Positions 27,435 through 36,630 of a DNA stretch of 64,000 nt are shown piece by piece. The stretch is from NCBI GenBank assembly GCA_041645215.1, contig JBAZQK010000006.1, forward strand, positions 12,116-76,115, read 5' to 3'. A model generated the notes under the pieces. The model was not told where the DNA came from and did not search any database. It was given only the letters and a program-made list of their open reading frames with translations. Made by a program: the position numbers and the translations under genes. Source of the DNA: Patescibacteria group bacterium (GTDB lineage: Bacteria; Patescibacteriota; Patescibacteriia; Veblenbacterales; UBA10138). Position 1 is the first letter of the stretch. Each line of letters opens with the position of its first letter.

Positions 27435-27989
27435 ATGTTATCACAACTCAATGAATTAACGCCCGACCTTGATAAGATTTTACAACACTTTAAGTCTGAA
27501 TTAGCTACTTTGCGGTCGGGCCGGGTTATGCCGTCTTTGGTAGAGCACTTAAAAGTTGAGGCTTATGGCACCCTGACACCCTTGATTGAACTAGCGTCCA
27601 TAAACGCGCCGGAGCCGCGTTTGATTGTGGTGCAGCCGTGGGACAAGAATATAATCCGTGATATTGACAAAGCGCTGCAGGCGGCTAACTTAGGGGTGGC
27701 GCCGGTTATTGACGGGGCTTTAATTAGGCTGAATTTTCCGTCCCTAACCGAGGATAAGCGAAAAGAATTAGTTAAACAGGTTGGCATTAAGGCCGAGGAG
27801 GCTAAGGTTAGCGTTAAGAATGTTCGTGAGGACACCCACAAAACCCTTAAAGCCGACAAGGATGCTGGCAGTTTAGCAGAAGATAATTTTTTTATTGCTC
27901 AGAAAGAGTTGCAAAAAATAGTGGACGATTATAACGGCCGGATAAAAAAAATCGCCGAGGATAAAGCCAAGGAGATAATGACGATTTAA
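27435..27989 (+). CDS. frr: Ribosome recycling factor
   Basis: Full-length RRF pattern (...LRSGRVMPSLVEHLKVEAYG...NLGVAPVIDGALIRLNFPSLTEDKRKELVKQ...). Confidence 0.9.
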   Translation: MLSQLNELTPDLDKILQHFKSELATLRSGRVMPSLVEHLKVEAYGTLTPLIELASINAPEPRLIVVQPWDKNIIRDIDKALQAANLGVAPVIDGALIRLNFPSLTEDKRKELVKQVGIKAEEAKVSVKNVREDTHKTLKADKDAGSLAEDNFFIAQKELQKIVDDYNGRIKKIAEDKAKEIMTI

Positions 27990-28241
27990 TAGAAATTTAA
28001 AATGTAAATACCTGCCCGCCGCTCGCCTCACCTAATAGATAGATTGACGCCAAACTACAGCACTTTAATTTATAGCTAGAGCGTATTTGACACAGCGGCT
28101 TTGGCAGGCGGGTCAAAAATCAAAATTAATTTAAATTTTTGGTTGCCTCGCGCAACCATCCCGCCGCGGCGGGATAAAAGCGAAGCTTTTATTGTCATTT
28201 TTCATTTTAATTTTTAAATTTTACATTAAGTTGTCTAACAA

Positions 28242-29363
28242 TTGAGTGATATGGTTAGCACTATAGCCGTTTTTATATTAGTATTACTGCTTCTCGTCTT
28301 GGTCCACGAGCTGGGCCATTTTTTGACAGCGCGCCGGCTGGGGGTAGCGGTGGAGGAGTTTGCTTTTGGTTTTCCGCCCCGTTTAACCAGCTTTAAGCGC
28401 GGTCCAACGACTTATGTCGTAAATTGGCTGCCTTTGGGCGGTTACGTTAAATTAAAAGGGGAGCATGGCGACGATAGTTTAGCGCCGGATAGTTTTGCCG
28501 CCCAGCCAGCCTGGCGGCGGGCGATTATACTGGTAGCCGGTGTGGCTATGAACGTCCTGTTGTGTCTGGTGTTACTGACCGGCGGTTTGATGGCGGGACT
28601 ACCGACCATTTTAGAACCGTCACAGGTGTCGCAAGCTAAGGCGGTTAAAATTCAGATTATAGATGTTTTGCCCAATAGTCCGGCTGACCAAGCTGGCATT
28701 AAACTGGGTGATGAAGTTCAAAAACTGAATAATCGGAGATTTGTTACAGTGCCGGAAATGCAAAACTATATTGCTGCGCAAGCTGGTCAAACCATAGATA
28801 TTACTTTGGCGCGCGGCAGTGAAATTATTAAGACCGCTCTTCGTCCTCAAGTACTGCCTGAATCTAAAGGGCGAGTCGCTCTGGGAGTAAGTTTGGTGCA
28901 AACCGGTATAGTGGCTTACCCGTGGTACGAGGCGATCGGCCGCGGCGCGGTGGCCACTTATAATTTAACGATTGAAATTGGACGAGGTTTTGGACAATTG
29001 TTTAAAAATTTAATTGTTAATCGCCAGGTTCCCAAAGATATAGCCGGGCCGGTCGGGATTGCGGTTATGACCGGTCAGGTGGCGGATTTAGGCTGGATTT
29101 ACGTGTTGCAATTTGCCGCGCTGTTATCGCTTAATTTGGCGTTTATAAATTTGTTGCCCTTTCCGGCGCTGGATGGCGGACGTCTGCTGTTCGTAATTAT
29201 AGAAAAGCTCCGCGGCAAGCCCAATAATCAAATGATTGAGGCGGTGGTGCATAATATCGGTTTTATGGTTTTAATGTTATTGGTGGTCGTAATAACTTAT
29301 CAGGATTTATTGCGTTTTGGCGGCGGAATAATTAAATCAGTAAGTAGCGTGTTTGGCTTATAA
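28242..29363 (+). CDS. rseP: Site-2 protease RseP (M50 zinc metalloprotease with PDZ domain)
   Basis: HELGHF HExxH motif in TM1, a central PDZ-like segment, a C-terminal LDGG motif. Confidence 0.8.
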   Translation: MSDMVSTIAVFILVLLLLVLVHELGHFLTARRLGVAVEEFAFGFPPRLTSFKRGPTTYVVNWLPLGGYVKLKGEHGDDSLAPDSFAAQPAWRRAIILVAGVAMNVLLCLVLLTGGLMAGLPTILEPSQVSQAKAVKIQIIDVLPNSPADQAGIKLGDEVQKLNNRRFVTVPEMQNYIAAQAGQTIDITLARGSEIIKTALRPQVLPESKGRVALGVSLVQTGIVAYPWYEAIGRGAVATYNLTIEIGRGFGQLFKNLIVNRQVPKDIAGPVGIAVMTGQVADLGWIYVLQFAALLSLNLAFINLLPFPALDGGRLLFVIIEKLRGKPNNQMIEAVVHNIGFMVLMLLVVVITYQDLLRFGGGIIKSVSSVFGL

Positions 29364-29455
29364 ATTTTTTATGTCATTGCGAGAGTTGATAATCATCGGC
29401 TCGTGGCAATCCATGTTTTTAAAATCCAAATTAGTATAGTTGGAGGTTATCATGA

Positions 29456-29689
29456 GTGTGGCGAGGTAGTATTTTGGCATCTTCCGCCACCAGCCCTAAT
29501 TTAGTACCAGCCATCAGGCAGGCGGCAACCATTGTAACAAATGAAGGCGGTTTGACCAGCTATGCCGCCATCGTGGCTAGAGAATTTAAGATTCCTTGCA
29601 TTGTGGAAACCAGAATAGGAACGCAAGTGTTTAAAGATGGTGATGCAGTGGAGGTTGATGCTAATAAGGGGATAGTTAGAAAGTTATGA
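29456..29689 (+). pseudogene. Orphan PEP-utilizing swivel-domain fragment with catalytic His replaced by Tyr (GGLTSYAAI)
   Basis: The 77-aa ORF aligns to the C-terminal ~60 aa of the downstream paralogs (AIVTNEGGxTxHAAIVAREL.IPCI...GD.VEVDAN.G). It has Y where the phosphohistidine normally sits and lacks any N-terminal domain. Confidence 0.45.
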
Positions 29690-31182
29690 CAAAAAAGATT
29701 ACTCTACCACCCAAAGTCATAAAATTAGTCAAGGGTAATGAGTGGTACCACCAGCGGTTTGATGGTGCACCGATGTATATGTATTGCGTAGCTGAAGCGG
29801 AAATTAAACCGGAAGCGAGAAAGCCTAAAGGCACCGAGGCTAAAATGCGCGTGTCTTTTTTTATGCCCAACGGCAGAGGGGATTGGTATTTGGATATGGC
29901 TGATGTTAAACGCGGCGCGCAAATAATTATTGATTTGGCTAAAAAAGATGCACTTATAAGCCGGAAATTACTAAAGGCCTGGCGTAAGGACGAAGAATTG
30001 TTTGAAAAGTTTTTCTACCGGTTTGAAGCCTCATCATTAGGAAAATTAATGGATAAAGATTTATTGGCTTTATATAAGCAATATTATAAATTGTTTGTTA
30101 ACCGTTTTACATCTTCGGCCATAATAGACCATTTTGCTCTAGGTACGGATGAATACATAGCTAATATATTAAGAAAGGAAATGGGAAAAATTAAAAAGGA
30201 GTCGGAGTTTACCGAAATATTCAGTATCGCCACAGCACCGACCAAGCAGTCTTTTATTAATGAATCAGAGATGAAGCTGTTGGCATTAGCTTTAAAACCA
30301 CATCTTTCGGCAAAAGACTTGCAAAACTATCAAAAAGATTATTTCTGGATAAAAAATAATTATTACCAGGCTAGAAACCTGACTGTAACTGATTTTAAGA
30401 AAGAAATAAGTATTTGGAAAAAGTCTGGGGCTAATTTAACAGCCAAATATTGGCAATTGAAAAATGCGTCCCGGATGAATGCTAGAAAAAAAAATATATT
30501 GTTTAAAAAATATAAATTATCAAAATTGCTAAGAACTTTGTTAAAAATTTCTGACGATTTTACTTGGTGGCAGGATGAACGTAAAAAATCCACTTATTTA
30601 AATATTCACATTGGTAGTTGTATTTTGGGAGAGATGGCTAAGCGACGTGGGTACAACCCGGAAGTTATGAAATATTTACTGCCTGTTGAAGTTGGTTCAA
30701 TGTTTTTAAAAGGTATACCGTCGGCGCAAGAATTAAAAAATCGGCAAAAGGGTTGTGCTTTTGTGGTTTGGCATGGCGGTTTTTATGTGGCTACCGGTAA
30801 ACAAGTAACAGTATTACGAAACTTAATGTTTTCTTCTAAAAATAAAGATGAAGTCAAGGATTTAAGAGGTTTAACCGCGTCAGTCGGTAGGGTAATCGGC
30901 CCAGTCAAGGTGGTTAACTCAGTTAGAGAGATTAGTAAGGTAAAAAAAGGAGATATATTAGTGGCTGTTATGACCCGACCCGATTATATTGTAGGTATTA
31001 AAAAAGCCGCCGCGATTGTTACCAATGAAGGTGGAATCACCTGCCATGCCGCCATTGTGGCGCGCGAACTTGGTATTCCGTGTATAATCGCTACCAAAAT
31101 CGCCACCGAAGTCTTGCATGATGGCGATTTAGTGGAAGTCAACGCTAATCATGGGGTGGTTACTGTGTTAAAGAGAAAATAA
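29686..31182 (+). CDS. PEP-utilizing-enzyme swivel phosphohistidine-domain protein, paralog 1 (N-terminal ~390-aa domain of unknown function; no ATP-grasp domain)
   Basis: C-terminus AAIVTNEGGITCHAAIVARELGIPCIIATKIATEVLHDGDLVEVNANHG matches the PEP-utilizers mobile domain with conserved His. The N-terminal domain carries the family motifs YFWIKNNYY and WWQDERK. Confidence 0.75.
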   Translation: MTKKITLPPKVIKLVKGNEWYHQRFDGAPMYMYCVAEAEIKPEARKPKGTEAKMRVSFFMPNGRGDWYLDMADVKRGAQIIIDLAKKDALISRKLLKAWRKDEELFEKFFYRFEASSLGKLMDKDLLALYKQYYKLFVNRFTSSAIIDHFALGTDEYIANILRKEMGKIKKESEFTEIFSIATAPTKQSFINESEMKLLALALKPHLSAKDLQNYQKDYFWIKNNYYQARNLTVTDFKKEISIWKKSGANLTAKYWQLKNASRMNARKKNILFKKYKLSKLLRTLLKISDDFTWWQDERKKSTYLNIHIGSCILGEMAKRRGYNPEVMKYLLPVEVGSMFLKGIPSAQELKNRQKGCAFVVWHGGFYVATGKQVTVLRNLMFSSKNKDEVKDLRGLTASVGRVIGPVKVVNSVREISKVKKGDILVAVMTRPDYIVGIKKAAAIVTNEGGITCHAAIVARELGIPCIIATKIATEVLHDGDLVEVNANHGVVTVLKRK

Positions 31183-31185
31183 TTT

Positions 31186-32607
31186 ATGACAAAATGGCAT
31201 TGGTATATGCGTGGCACTATTTATCCGCATCGGGCCGATATTGGACAATTGGGTATTTTTAAGTATGGAAAATATAATTTAATTCCCATAACATCAGATT
31301 TGTATATTAACGAAGGTTCTAGAATGTGGTGGGCGTGGGATGTAGCTCAAATCACAAAACTAGGTAATGCTATTTTAAAACAGTGTAAGACTAAATCTGG
31401 CGTTGCCAAACATGTAAATAAGCTAATTGCCTTATTGAGCAAGGCCATAGAGTCAGCCGATATATTTAAACAGGGAGATTTAACGAAATTAAGTGATAAA
31501 GAATTAGCCGGACAGTATCAATTACTTTACAAAGATAATTTGGAAACCCACGGCATTTTAAATGAAGATGTAGATGCGTTTGATGTGGTGTTTGATAATT
31601 TTTTGCAAACAGAATTAAGACGCTATGTTAATTTAGCTGGGGATAAATTTATTTCCGTCTATAAAGATTTGTCAACACCTTGCCATACTTCATATTTGCA
31701 ACAGCAAAACTATGATACAGCTAAGCTATATTTAAACTCAAAAGGTCAAAGCGAAACGGTTGATATTTTACATAATGAATATTGGTGGACAAGCATGGGT
31801 TGGGAAAGTATGAAGCCGCACAGTAAAGGTTATTTTATGCATCAGGTAAAAACAATGAACCGAGTTTTGGCAACAAGGATTATTAATGATTATAAAAAAC
31901 AAGCCGCTTTAGTTGCCAAACAGCGCCGGAGACTGCTTCGCCAATATAAGTTACCCAGGCAATTTAGTCGCTGGCTATGGGTTTTGGATAAGTATGCCTA
32001 TTTACATGACTGCAGAAAAGAAATGCAGGTTAAAACCATGTATGCTTATCATTTGATTTTATTAGAGACTGCTAAAAGGTTAAAGATTAAAGAATCGGAT
32101 TTGGAGTGGTTATTTCATAATGAGGTCGCGGGTTTATTAAAAGGTAAGAGACTTAATAAAAAACTGATAGCTGATAGAAAAATATCAGTGACCTCCCAGG
32201 TAACATCTAAAAAAATAATTATAAATGAAGGGAATAAAGCTCATCGGATAAAGATTAAAAGTCTTAATTTAGATAGAAAAAATATTACTTTAGTTAAGGG
32301 TTTGGCTGTAACTGCTGGTTTAGTACATGGACGTGCCTTGGTTTGTCAAGGGGCCAAAGAGGCCATTAGCAAAGTTAAACAAGGTGATATTTTGATATGC
32401 CCCATGACCTTACCGGATTATTTGCCAGCCATGAAAATGGCTAAAGCCATCGTGACAGATGAAGGTGGTTTAACCTGCCATGCTGCCATAATCGCGCGTG
32501 AGCTGGGTAAGGTTTGTATAGTTGGCACAAAAGAGGCCACCCGGGTATTTAAGACCGGCGATTTGGTAGAGGTTGATGCTAATAGAGGCGTTATTCGTAA
32601 GTTATAG
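31186..32607 (+). CDS. PEP-utilizing swivel-domain protein, paralog 2
   Basis: KAIVTDEGGLTCHAAIIARELGKVCIVGTKEATRVFKTGDLVEVDANRG. N-terminal domain homologous to paralog 1. Confidence 0.75.
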   Translation: MTKWHWYMRGTIYPHRADIGQLGIFKYGKYNLIPITSDLYINEGSRMWWAWDVAQITKLGNAILKQCKTKSGVAKHVNKLIALLSKAIESADIFKQGDLTKLSDKELAGQYQLLYKDNLETHGILNEDVDAFDVVFDNFLQTELRRYVNLAGDKFISVYKDLSTPCHTSYLQQQNYDTAKLYLNSKGQSETVDILHNEYWWTSMGWESMKPHSKGYFMHQVKTMNRVLATRIINDYKKQAALVAKQRRRLLRQYKLPRQFSRWLWVLDKYAYLHDCRKEMQVKTMYAYHLILLETAKRLKIKESDLEWLFHNEVAGLLKGKRLNKKLIADRKISVTSQVTSKKIIINEGNKAHRIKIKSLNLDRKNITLVKGLAVTAGLVHGRALVCQGAKEAISKVKQGDILICPMTLPDYLPAMKMAKAIVTDEGGLTCHAAIIARELGKVCIVGTKEATRVFKTGDLVEVDANRGVIRKL

Positions 32608-32610
32608 TTT

Positions 32611-33255
32611 ATGGAGAATAAAACTTTTTATCTTTGGGATTTGGCTGATACCATTTTTATTGAAAAATGGAACGCTGAATTATCCGGCGTGCCGTCTTTT
32701 AATGCTTATGTGGAGTCTTTGGGATATGATTTAAAAACTATCAGTCCTTTAGATTATGAATTATGTTATGAAAAACCGTATCGTGATGGTTTATATGATT
32801 TATCAATTGCTGATGGATTTAAAGAAGTTCTAACTTGGACGAAAAACAATGGCGTTTTTACTACTGGTAACAAAGAGCAAATTAATTGGCGAGCTGAACA
32901 GTTGTTAAGAAAATATGGGTTTGGCATTCGTGACTTTTTGAAAGAGATATATAGCACTTTTGATTATAGTAACACCAATGTTAAAACCGAAGCTATGTTA
33001 GTAGATTTAATAGGTAAAAAATTTAAGCAAGGGCTTGGGATTATAGTTTATACAGACGATAGAGAGGCTAATTGCAGGTTTTTTATTAGTGCAGCTGAAA
33101 AGTGTCAAAATAATGGGGTGAGGGTTGAATATCGGGTGTATAATTTAGGTAATGATGATAGTAAGTTAGAAAAATTGTCAGATAACTATTATAAAATTGG
33201 CGATCTATATCAATTGAAAGATAATGAAGAAAATTTATTAAAGCCCAATGATTAA
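32611..33255 (+). CDS. HAD-like hydrolase (atypical motif I DxxD), putative phosphatase
   Basis: YLWDLADTIF (motif I-like), VFTTGN (motif II-like), IIVYTDDREAN (motif IV-like). Shares the atypical DxxD(T/V) with 39597..40205. Confidence 0.45.
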   Translation: MENKTFYLWDLADTIFIEKWNAELSGVPSFNAYVESLGYDLKTISPLDYELCYEKPYRDGLYDLSIADGFKEVLTWTKNNGVFTTGNKEQINWRAEQLLRKYGFGIRDFLKEIYSTFDYSNTNVKTEAMLVDLIGKKFKQGLGIIVYTDDREANCRFFISAAEKCQNNGVRVEYRVYNLGNDDSKLEKLSDNYYKIGDLYQLKDNEENLLKPND

Positions 33256-34690
33256 TCCTAATAAAAATTTGTGGCGGTGGGGACCAATAGACGGCCGGCC
33301 GATATATCCGGACCCGTGGTACGACGGTATGACTGTTAATATGAAGGCATTTTCACCGAGTTGGCCAAGTAGTTATTCTTTATATAAAAAAGACAGGTAT
33401 TCTTATGTTTGTGAATATGAGCCTTTATATAAAAACGCGGAGAAAATATTCGTTAAGTATATATTGAATGAAGCCAATTTTAAAAGAATATACAGAAAAT
33501 GGCGCAATATTGTAAAGAGGTTAGTCAACCTAAATGCTAAAATGTCCCCAAGTAGTCTCAGGTCGTTAAATGATTTAGAACTCTATAAAACAATCAATTT
33601 ATGGTATAAAGTTTATAGTTATGAATTTTGGGGTGTTGGGTTAGTACCGGAAATTGCTAATTTTGGCGGGGAATCATTGCTTAGAAATATACTTCGGAAA
33701 AAATCTGTCGTTATGGGGGCGGAGGTTAGTTTAATGGAAAAGTTGTCGGCGCCTGATAAATTTTCGTTTTATACGCAAGAAGAAATAGATCTATTAAAAC
33801 TTCGTAAGATAAAAGGAAAGCCATTAAATCAGTCTTTGGTTAAGCATCAGCAAAAATATTTTTGGATACTGAATAGTTATCGCCAGACTAAAGTTTTATC
33901 AGTGGACTATTTTGCTAAGTACTTAAAAAAGTTTTCTAATGTACATGCTAGAGACAGAATAAAGGCATTAAAAAAACAAATAAAAATAGTTAAATTTATT
34001 AAAGCAAAGTTAGTACGTCAATATTCACTAGGTAAGGACGCATTGATGATATCTAACAAATTAGCTTGTTGTATTTGGTGGCAGGACAACAGAAAATCGT
34101 ATATATTTCAAACTAATCATGTTATAGATGTAATAGTTAATGAATTATCTCGTCGCTATGATATTAGTAAAAGCGATTTACATTATTATGTTTTTAAAGA
34201 TATTTTAAAATTAATTAAAACTGGAAAAAAATTATCAATTAAAGAACTAAAACAAAGACAAAGTTATTTTGCTGTGGTTTGGGATAGGCAGAAAGGGACT
34301 ATGTATGTATCCGGAGGTAAAGCTAAAAAGTTATATAATTTGTATCAAATAAAACCGAATGTTAAGTCTATAAAGCAAATTAGGGGTGAGGCTGTTAGCG
34401 CTGGAGTTGTTAAGGGTAAGGTGAGAGTTATTTTGTCAGCCCGTGAGGTCAATAAATTACGACCTGGAGAAATATTAATAACCACTATGACTTCGCCCGA
34501 TTTTATTGTGGCTATGCGTAAAGCTGCGGCCGTAGTAACCGACGTTGGTGGTATTACCAGCCACGCCGCTATAGTCTCGCGTGAACTTAGAATACCCTGC
34601 ATAGTGGGTACCAGAATCGCCACTAAAGTTTTGAGAAATGCTGATTTGGTGGAAGTTGATGCCAATAAAGGAATCGTTAAAAAATTATAA
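33248..34690 (+). CDS. PEP-utilizing swivel-domain protein, paralog 3
   Basis: AAVVTDVGGITSHAAIVSRELRIPCIVGTRIATKVLRNADLVEVDANKG; QQKYFWILNSYRQ and CIWWQDNRK motifs. Confidence 0.75.
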   Translation: MINPNKNLWRWGPIDGRPIYPDPWYDGMTVNMKAFSPSWPSSYSLYKKDRYSYVCEYEPLYKNAEKIFVKYILNEANFKRIYRKWRNIVKRLVNLNAKMSPSSLRSLNDLELYKTINLWYKVYSYEFWGVGLVPEIANFGGESLLRNILRKKSVVMGAEVSLMEKLSAPDKFSFYTQEEIDLLKLRKIKGKPLNQSLVKHQQKYFWILNSYRQTKVLSVDYFAKYLKKFSNVHARDRIKALKKQIKIVKFIKAKLVRQYSLGKDALMISNKLACCIWWQDNRKSYIFQTNHVIDVIVNELSRRYDISKSDLHYYVFKDILKLIKTGKKLSIKELKQRQSYFAVVWDRQKGTMYVSGGKAKKLYNLYQIKPNVKSIKQIRGEAVSAGVVKGKVRVILSAREVNKLRPGEILITTMTSPDFIVAMRKAAAVVTDVGGITSHAAIVSRELRIPCIVGTRIATKVLRNADLVEVDANKGIVKKL

Positions 34691-34694
34691 TTAT

Positions 34695-34724
34695 CCGCTC
34701 CCATGCTCTAGAGCATGGGAGCGG
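34695..34724. promoter_or_regulatory. Perfect 30-bp palindrome CCGCTCCCATGCTCTAGAGCATGGGAGCGG (putative operator, copy 1)
   Basis: Perfect dyad with a central CTCTAGAG. It lies between the paralog-3 stop and the AGGAGG SD of the YerC-like gene. Confidence 0.55.
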
Positions 34725-34741
34725 AGGAGGAAATAAGAATT

Positions 34742-35053
34742 ATGCCACGATATAATGAAAAAAGAATACCATATCAGACTCAAGAAAAACTTCTTGATAT
34801 GTTTTGTGATATTCTTAAAAACATGAAAAAACGTCAGGACGTTAAAGATTTTTTAAAAGATTTATTAAATCGTCAAGAACGAGTAATGTTGGTACGCCGA
34901 TTACTGATAGCTGATATGTTACTTAGAAAGTTATCTTATCGTGAAATTACAAATAAATTACGGTGTGGCTCTTCAACTATAGCGCGAGTAGAGCGTTGGT
35001 TAAATTTTGGTCGAGGTGGTTACAAACTAGCTATTAATCATAAAGTAAAATAA
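34742..35053 (+). CDS. TrpR-like/YerC-YecD family DNA-binding protein
   Basis: ...REITNKLRCGSSTIARVERWLNFGRGGYKLAI matches the YerC/YecD (Trp repressor-like) HTH. AGGAGG lies 12 nt upstream of ATG 34742; the tracked ORF starts at 34715, inside the palindrome. Confidence 0.65.
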   Translation: MPRYNEKRIPYQTQEKLLDMFCDILKNMKKRQDVKDFLKDLLNRQERVMLVRRLLIADMLLRKLSYREITNKLRCGSSTIARVERWLNFGRGGYKLAINHKVK

Positions 35054-35057
35054 TTAG

Positions 35058-35085
35058 TGCTCCCATGCTCTAGAGCATGGGAGCA
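35058..35085. promoter_or_regulatory. Second copy of the palindrome (TGCTCCCATGCTCTAGAGCATGGGAGCA)
   Basis: 28-bp perfect dyad sharing the 24-bp core CTCCCATGCTCTAGAGCATGGGAG. It sits immediately upstream of paralog 4. Confidence 0.55.
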
Positions 35086-35094
35086 AAGGTCTGT

Positions 35095-36615
35095 ATGATA
35101 ATTAGTGAATTAACTAAAGAAATAAAGCGGGAAACTTGGTGGAGCGAAGAGTCACCAGGCACGCCCATGTTTTCTTTGTGGATACAGCAGTTCGTACGGC
35201 AATCTAAGTATTGGCATCCTAAATTGCCTAATATTATATTGGTATTTTTTAAAAATGATTTTTTATATGAAGAAACTCCGGAAAAGCAAAAACTGCAAAT
35301 CTGGAATTATGTTTTAGAACAGTATATTAAATATCCACAAATTCAACTGCGTCATTATAAGAAGTGGAAAGCCGTGTCTGAGAATTTAGTTAAAGAAAGG
35401 GAGTGGTTTCTAAAACACAAACATCATTTAAACAGCCAAGAATTGGCTGCGTCGTTTGCCAAAGTCAGCCAATTGATTAATGAGCACTGGCGGATTACTT
35501 GGGTGCAGGAAAGCGCTGATATTTTTACCACCTATGAGTTGCCGCAATTAATTCAAAAAGAAAATCCTAATTTATCGCTGGAACAGGCGACAGGTATTGC
35601 CATAATTTTATGCGCACCTGAATTTTTAAGTTTTATGGAAGAACAGCACACAGAACTTTTAAAAATAGCTATTTTGTACTATAGAAAAATTAAAAATGCT
35701 AAGAGGATTACTGGGGTTGATAAAAGGTTACGTGAAACCATAAATGGATTCTCCCAAAAGTATATTTGGTTATTGTCTAATTATAAAGAAGCTAGGCCTT
35801 TTGGTATTGGGCAAGTTTGGCAACAATTACGCTATGAATGCCAAAATAAAACTTTGTCTAAATTAAAAAAAGATTTAAAGAGTGTTAGAAGCAAAGTAGT
35901 TCGTTTAAAAAGACAAAAAAATAAATTATATCGGGATTTAAGTATTTCCCCCCGGCTAAGAAAAGCTTTTAATCTGCTTACTTTTTGGGCAACATGGATG
36001 GATGAGCGTAAACAAACAGCGCTTGTAGGTAATTGGTATTTGGAATTTTATGCCCGAGAAGTGGCTAAGTGTTTAGGTATTAATATTTGGAATATTAAAT
36101 ATTTTACTGCTGCTGAATTACATCAAGCTTTATCAAAAGGTAAGTTGCCAAATAAACTAGAATTAAAAAAGCGTCGTCGGTTTTGTGTGTTTGCGATTAC
36201 AAAACAAGGCAGCAAGATAGTGGAAAAGATTTATACCGGGGGAAACGCGACTAAATTGTGGTCATTAATATTTACTAAACCAACAAGCAGCCTAATAAAA
36301 GGACAAGTAGCTAGTGCGCCGATAAGTAAAATGAGTGGCAAGGTTCAGATAGTTTTAGACCCGCATCGCGATAAGTTTACCAACGGTCGCATATTGGTTA
36401 CCACTATGACCCGACCAGACTTTGTGCCTTTAATTCGGCGAGCTAGTGCTATAATTACTGATGAAGGCGGTATTACCTGCCACGCCGCCATTATTTCCCG
36501 CGAATTAGGTATTCCTTGTATAATTGGCACTAAAGTAGCTAGTAAGATTTTAAAGAATGGCAATAAAGTAGAATTGGATTTGGCATCAGGTGGGGTTAAA
36601 ATTTATAAAAAATAA
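35095..36615 (+). CDS. PEP-utilizing swivel-domain protein, paralog 4
   Basis: SAIITDEGGITCHAAIISRELGIPCIIGTKVASKILKNGNKVELDLASGG; FWATWMDERK motif. The start may be 35077 instead (inside the palindrome). Confidence 0.7.
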   Translation: MIISELTKEIKRETWWSEESPGTPMFSLWIQQFVRQSKYWHPKLPNIILVFFKNDFLYEETPEKQKLQIWNYVLEQYIKYPQIQLRHYKKWKAVSENLVKEREWFLKHKHHLNSQELAASFAKVSQLINEHWRITWVQESADIFTTYELPQLIQKENPNLSLEQATGIAIILCAPEFLSFMEEQHTELLKIAILYYRKIKNAKRITGVDKRLRETINGFSQKYIWLLSNYKEARPFGIGQVWQQLRYECQNKTLSKLKKDLKSVRSKVVRLKRQKNKLYRDLSISPRLRKAFNLLTFWATWMDERKQTALVGNWYLEFYAREVAKCLGINIWNIKYFTAAELHQALSKGKLPNKLELKKRRRFCVFAITKQGSKIVEKIYTGGNATKLWSLIFTKPTSSLIKGQVASAPISKMSGKVQIVLDPHRDKFTNGRILVTTMTRPDFVPLIRRASAIITDEGGITCHAAIISRELGIPCIIGTKVASKILKNGNKVELDLASGGVKIYKK

Positions 36616-36630
36616 GTTATATAGATAAAT

